Source: an uncultured Dehalococcoidales bacterium
Lineage (GTDB): Bacteria > Chloroflexota > Dehalococcoidia > GIF9 > AB-539-J10
Length of the DNA stretch: 29,232 nucleotides
Direction: 5' to 3'
Assembly: GCA_964353715.1 (NCBI GenBank)
Contig: CAYGWI010000001.1
Location: forward strand, 1-29,232
Shown here in pieces: positions 24,921 to 29,232 of this stretch (positions are counted from its first letter, which is position 1; every line of letters starts with the position of its first letter). Under the pieces are notes generated by a model, which was not told the DNA's origin, did not search any database, and was given only the letters and a program-made list of their open reading frames with translations. The translations under genes and the position numbers were made by a program.

Positions 24921-25966
24921 TGTGGTTTCATCCTCTGCTCAAACAAGAATTCAGCAGATTCCTCACCACGCCCTTTGAATCCCACAAGGTCAAGGTAGAG
25001 TTGCACATCGCTTACAACTCTCATACTGTCAATTTCCCTGCTTCCATAGAAAACGCCATCGTCATAGGGCTCCAATATACTGAAGTTAGGTCCTGAGGAA
25101 ACCTGCTTTAATCCTAACGAGTCCGCAACTTCTCCAATATCGTTGCCAACATAGGCGAATCCCCTTGTGTAACGCATATAGGGCGCTACCAGGGCAGCCC
25201 CGGAAAACAGCGTCAATGCGTAAGGAATGCCTCTCCTTTCGCAATATTGCGAAAGGTTGCCTTCCAACTCCTTAATCTCATCTAAGCTGAAGTAGTCATA
25301 TACCTTGTTCTTTCGAAAAGAGTAGTTGTCTGCCCATTGTCTGAGAAGGTCGCCGGGACGGCTAAGAGTCAAGCCATTTTCTTTCTCAGAAGCATATTCC
25401 AAATCAAGCAGACGCCCCTTCAACTTGGAAGCCAGGCCAAGACTCACTTTGGCTTCCCTCGCCAACTCCTGAACTTGCCATGATCGTCCGGGATTACTTA
25501 GCATTGCTCGCACAATGCGGCTTGACTTCGGGCTAAAGATAGAGCGGACCTGTCGTTTTTCTATCGCGGGATTGGGGTAATTCCTTCTTTCAATGTATAC
25601 CTGGTCGAAGTTGAGAAAAAGATTCCCTGCTAAGTCTATGTAGCCCACACCGTTCTGCTTACAAACTCGGGCTGAATCGTCACTGATGTAGGGTGCCGCT
25701 ACCATAGGGTATGCACCTTCCATCCGGTCCACGTATTCTCCGAGCTGCTGGATAGCAGCCCTTATTATCCTGGGTTCTCCCGGAGATTTGACCTCTACGA
25801 TCACTTTCTGAAGATTGTCCCGAATCTTAAGCTCTAATAGCAAATCAACCTGAACGCCTGCCAAAGATGCTTGCATTACAGAACGACGGAGCTCTATGAA
25901 GGGTATGTCGCGAAGGGTCCGCTCGAGCTCATCTTTAATTCTAATTACTATTTCCTGTTCTTTCAT
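24914..25966 (-). CDS. AbiEi-family antitoxin/transcriptional regulator (type IV TA)
   Basis: N-terminal VDLL..IVEVK, central HTH (WQVQELAREAKVSLGLASK) and C-terminal QLYLDL..RGEE. Coupled to the NTase gene. Confidence 0.8.
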   Translation of the reverse strand: MKEQEIVIRIKDELERTLRDIPFIELRRSVMQASLAGVQVDLLLELKIRDNLQKVIVEVKSPGEPRIIRAAIQQLGEYVDRMEGAYPMVAAPYISDDSARVCKQNGVGYIDLAGNLFLNFDQVYIERRNYPNPAIEKRQVRSIFSPKSSRIVRAMLSNPGRSWQVQELAREAKVSLGLASKLKGRLLDLEYASEKENGLTLSRPGDLLRQWADNYSFRKNKVYDYFSLDEIKELEGNLSQYCERRGIPYALTLFSGAALVAPYMRYTRGFAYVGNDIGEVADSLGLKQVSSGPNFSILEPYDDGVFYGSREIDSMRVVSDVQLYLDLVGFKGRGEESAEFLFEQRMKPQW

Positions 25967-25970
25967 CTCA

Positions 25971-26074
25971 TTTCACTATATACGCCAGTTTCACCGTGTG
26001 GTGAAAGTATATACTTTAGTGAAACTAATGTCAAGTGCCTTCACTATTTATGGCCATTTCACCAAATGGTGAAA
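25971..26074. promoter_or_regulatory. Operator array of TTTCACC-N4-GGTGAAA palindromes (25989-26006, 26057-26074) plus further TTCAC/GTGAA half-sites
   Basis: Seen directly. The palindromes flank or overlap the promoter, and the AAAGTATATACTTT palindrome lies at 26004-26017. Confidence 0.7.
26006..26034 (-). promoter_or_regulatory. Consensus sigma70 promoter of the abiE-like operon
   Basis: On the minus strand: TTGACA (26034-26029), 17-nt spacer, TATACT (26011-26006). Confidence 0.8.
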
Positions 26075-26130
26075 CAGGAGAAAAGCATGAGCAAAGTCAG
26101 AAACCAGCAGCCAGAAGATCAACAACACCC

Positions 26131-26170
26131 TGTCATTGCGAGGCCCGACCCGTCGGGCCGTGGCAATCTC
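26131..26170 (+). repeat. CGTC/TGTC-tagged REP-like palindrome
   Basis: TGTCATTGCGAGGCCCGACCCGTCGGGCCGTGGCAATCTC. Confidence 0.85.
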
Positions 26171-26250
26171 CCCCCAATTCTCCCCCCTCAGGATAAGGGA
26201 GCATTAAGGTGAGTTACGACGCCAATCCGGGCGTATTATAATATGGGCGT

Positions 26251-27117
26251 ATGGACGTCACAGTTTACTCAAGTGCTGCGGACTTCCTTTTGAAGACCGG
26301 TGACGTGCTTCGTTCCGACGAGGCCCGTTACGGCCTCATTTATGGCATCGCCCGGCTGATAGATGGCAACCCGCACCACTACGGGGAAGAAGACCCTCTG
26401 CTCTTCGTGGTGAACGATGACGACGGGGTCAGCGCAATGGCCTGGCGGACCCCTCCTTATCCGGTAGGTCTGGCCTGGCACGCCGGTGACCCGAAAGAAG
26501 CCGTCCCACTACTGGTCGAGGCCATCCACAGCCGCTGGGCAGAGATACCCGGACTTTTAGGACACAGAGAAGTAGCGGGCCCTTTCGCCGATAGGTGGTG
26601 CAAGGATTTTGGAGTTTCCATAGAATCAACGATGGCGCAGCGCATCTACCGCCTTGATGCGGTAAATGACGTCCCTTCCGTACCCGGCCATATGCGGCTG
26701 GCGACACTGGCGGACAAGGATTTGATCTGTCAATGGAGACACGCCTTTGTGGTGGACGTGGAACTCCCGACATCCCGTAGCACGCCCGAGCGCGACATTA
26801 CTCCGTTCATTGGAAAAGGTGCGATCTATCTGTGGGAATACTCGGATAATCCTGTCTGTATGGTGATGAAGGGCCGCCCGACCAATCACGGTATGACAGT
26901 TAGTCTTGTTTACACACCACGGGAGCGCCGCCGGCACGGCTACGCCACAGCTTGTGTAGCTGGTGTCTGCCGCGATATACTGAGAAGCGGCTACGACTTC
27001 TGCACGCTCTATTCAGATTTGAGCAACCCTACGTCCAACTCCATCTATATGAAGATCGGATTCAGACCGGTCTGCGATTCCGTAGAGTATGGCCTTTCAC
27101 CCCCCATCCGCCCCTAA
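26251..27117 (+). CDS. GNAT family N-acetyltransferase (tandem GNAT, FR47-like C-terminal domain)
   Basis: VSLVYTPRERRRHGYA acetyl-CoA motif and SNPTSNSIYMKIGF. Confidence 0.88.
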   Translation: MDVTVYSSAADFLLKTGDVLRSDEARYGLIYGIARLIDGNPHHYGEEDPLLFVVNDDDGVSAMAWRTPPYPVGLAWHAGDPKEAVPLLVEAIHSRWAEIPGLLGHREVAGPFADRWCKDFGVSIESTMAQRIYRLDAVNDVPSVPGHMRLATLADKDLICQWRHAFVVDVELPTSRSTPERDITPFIGKGAIYLWEYSDNPVCMVMKGRPTNHGMTVSLVYTPRERRRHGYATACVAGVCRDILRSGYDFCTLYSDLSNPTSNSIYMKIGFRPVCDSVEYGLSPPIRP

Positions 27118-27133
27118 TCGGCACTAGTCAGGC

Positions 27134-27171
27134 GTCAGTTGCTGCCCGTCAACCGCCGGCAGACAGCTGAC
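27134..27171. terminator. Imperfect hairpin between convergent genes, possible terminator
   Basis: GTCAGTTGCTGCC..GGCAGACAGCTGAC; no U-tract. Confidence 0.25.
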
Positions 27172-27306
27172 AGCCTCCAATCTCCAATCCCCAGTCTCGG
27201 TAGTCAGGAGTTAGCGCGCGGCCGTTATCCCGCCAGCTCTTCCCGTTTCCTGCGGTACTCCGCGTCTATCCGCTCGGCCTCGTCAACCAGGTCTCCTATT
27301 CGGCCG

Positions 27307-27792
27307 TCAACCTCGATTGCATCTTTCATGAAGTCTCTTCAATCTAATCCTGTTATAGCGCTGGGCGATAATGCAGGGCATATTGGCCGCAAGCCCGTAG
27401 GCCACCATGATCAGTCCAATCCACCAGTCGCTCCACACGAAGAAGATGAGCGCAAAAAGAAGAATGACCCAGTGGGTTAACTCGGCCCGACATGTTTCCA
27501 GGATGTATCTTTGTACATGTGAGGTATCGGCATTGTCCAAATGCCCCTTCTTGAGTCCACCTTTGAATACGGCGACACCGTCTGGCAGAAACCGTTTCCA
27601 TTTCTTGACTTTGAGAAGAGATCTGTAGGTTTTCCCGCCCCTTTCCCAGGTTCGCTGCCTGTAGAGCCATGATTCCGGATTGAAGGAGTTGGGCCGTATC
27701 CTCGCGGTTGACATGCCAACGACTATGTGGATTATGAGCCAAACTGTAATATTGATGACTATCGCCCATGGACCGGACAAATGCACAATCAT
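27307..27792 (-). CDS. crtO: Glycosyl-4,4'-diaponeurosporenoate acyltransferase-like protein (CrtO family)
   Basis: ETCRAELTHW and NMPCIIAQRYNRIRL motifs. Start set at ATG 27792 (ATGA overlap with the GT2 stop). Confidence 0.8.
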   Translation of the reverse strand: MIVHLSGPWAIVINITVWLIIHIVVGMSTARIRPNSFNPESWLYRQRTWERGGKTYRSLLKVKKWKRFLPDGVAVFKGGLKKGHLDNADTSHVQRYILETCRAELTHWVILLFALIFFVWSDWWIGLIMVAYGLAANMPCIIAQRYNRIRLKRLHERCNRG

Positions 27793-28916
27793 TCCATTTG
27801 CGCCTTGTCTTTCAGGCTGATTACTGTGCCCTTCCATCTAACGCTTCTCTTGATGGAAATCAGAAAGACCGAGAGAAAGAAAACCACTACGAAGAACAAT
27901 TGCGAAACCGGGAAGAGAAGCGCCGTATAGAACTTGAATGTACCAACTCGGGACGCCATCCAATAGGTTTGAACGGCATAGGCCAGATATGCTAGCGTCC
28001 ACCACATGATTGCAGTACTTTGCATGCTCCATATTGCTCCAATTGCGAATACCGTGGCACTTATACCACTGCCGATCCATGCAATGGTCGCCACAAGCAA
28101 GGGAATGCGAGCCATGCGAGCTCCGGTGGCGAAACCCTTGCTCCATCCGTCTACTAGTTCTCTCATGCCGTTAGGATACATGCGAAAGGAAATAGTGCCC
28201 CACCCGCCATAGCAGTGAAGCCGGCGATTGTTCTTCTTGAGCTCCTCTCCGAGGGCGAGATCTTCTACTACCTCGCCTTTCACAGCAGTATGACCACCGT
28301 TTTCGAAGTAATATGCCTTTCTCATGACGATACATGGACCGAATAATCCGATCGGCTTGATACGACTGCCCATCACTGTGAAAGGACCCATTGCGCCCAT
28401 CATGATTATATTGAAGAACAAGGACAGCTGCTCGTAAAGTCTCCTGGTTTTGTGGTATGGCTGTATTGAAACAATACCGTCCGTTTCGAGGTATGTATCT
28501 ACTATGTTTCTCAGGCCACCTTTCTCGAGACACGTGTCTGCGTCCAGGAAAATGAGTATGTCGCCCTTTGCCAACCGGGCGCCCTGATAGCACGCCCAGG
28601 GCTTCCCGACCCAGCCTTTAGGCAGCGGTTCTGAGTCGATGACTGTCACTCCCTCTCTCCTGGCGACTTCCCTGGTCCCGTCTTCGCATGGACCGACAAC
28701 GACGATGATTTCATCGGGGACGGAATCGCTCTCTCGCAGGGATGCCAGGAGAATAGGAAGTGAGTTCGCCTCGTTTCGGGCCGGTATTACTACGGATATC
28801 GTCGGACGCGGTTTCGCATTCCCTTTGAGTCTCCTTGTACAAAGTGGAATACGAAACAGGAAGAAGAAACCGAAGAACCAGAATACAGCGTGGACAACGA
28901 AGTATGTGATGTCCAT
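27789..28916 (-). CDS. Family 2 glycosyltransferase, CrtQ-like (carotenoid glycosyltransferase)
   Basis: VVIPARNE, GWVGKPWAC, FLDAD, EDL and FRMY motifs with TM segments. Coupled to the crtO-like gene; start uncertain (ATG 28916 chosen). Confidence 0.82.
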   Translation of the reverse strand: MDITYFVVHAVFWFFGFFFLFRIPLCTRRLKGNAKPRPTISVVIPARNEANSLPILLASLRESDSVPDEIIVVVGPCEDGTREVARREGVTVIDSEPLPKGWVGKPWACYQGARLAKGDILIFLDADTCLEKGGLRNIVDTYLETDGIVSIQPYHKTRRLYEQLSLFFNIIMMGAMGPFTVMGSRIKPIGLFGPCIVMRKAYYFENGGHTAVKGEVVEDLALGEELKKNNRRLHCYGGWGTISFRMYPNGMRELVDGWSKGFATGARMARIPLLVATIAWIGSGISATVFAIGAIWSMQSTAIMWWTLAYLAYAVQTYWMASRVGTFKFYTALLFPVSQLFFVVVFFLSVFLISIKRSVRWKGTVISLKDKAQME

Positions 28917-29232
28917 GAATGATTGCCGCTGATTATATGTGATTCGTATGCCTTGCACAAGCACGCAGGCAAAAACCCGACTGTGAAACCGCATCCAGCC
29001 ACAATGTGTCAATCAGGGCTGCAGGAATATGCCTCACTTGGAGCACGGCCACTGATAGGGCTGGTTTGTTACTCGCACGGAAAACACTGCAGTATCACAC
29101 TGTCTTCGATACACGATTCCCATCCTGATGACGGGCGGCGCCAGTTTCTGCCTTTCTTTCTAACCGGCCTTGAGTCCACAGAACGTCAGGCTGTTGCATC
29201 GCCACTATCTTTGTCCCCGGAAATGACACCCA

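Noticed and set aside
25871-26212. 113-aa ORF on the + strand
   Set aside because: It runs antisense to abiEi, through the operator region and through a REP (PVIARPDPSGRGNL).
1-29232. tRNA, rRNA, tmRNA or riboswitch
   Set aside because: No convincing structural or sequence signature seen by eye; an Infernal/Rfam scan would be decisive.

Overview
A 29.2-kb bacterial accessory region. The host looks like a monoderm anaerobe, possibly Dehalococcoidia/Chloroflexota; this is a weak inference from repeat style and gene content. The left half (0.7-16 kb) is a defence-type island: a Fic protein between 91-bp direct repeats, an HTH/MazF toxin-antitoxin pair, and a Type III restriction-modification locus with two small genes coupled between res and mod. 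It continues with an HNH nuclease and an overlapping four-gene operon that I do not recognise as a described system: FAD oxidoreductase, SAMHD1-like HD phosphohydrolase, SPPY amino-methyltransferase, and a guanylate-kinase-like/dCTP-deaminase-like/TM fusion. The kinase, deaminase-fold and HD domains show substitutions at canonical specificity or catalytic positions, which suggests a pathway acting on a non-canonical nucleotide. The cassette is bracketed by an exact 21-bp direct repeat, with a third degenerate copy about 6 kb further right. The right half holds a sulfur detox/transport cluster, a PNPOx-like protein, heliorhodopsin, an M20 peptidase, an AbiE-like type IV TA with a consensus promoter and operators, a GNAT, and crtO/crtQ-like genes. 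Intergenic DNA is a mosaic of palindromic and heptamer/nonamer repeats, with a few orphan CRISPR-like repeats. I found no integrase, cas gene, tRNA or rRNA. All family calls come from motif recognition, not database searches.
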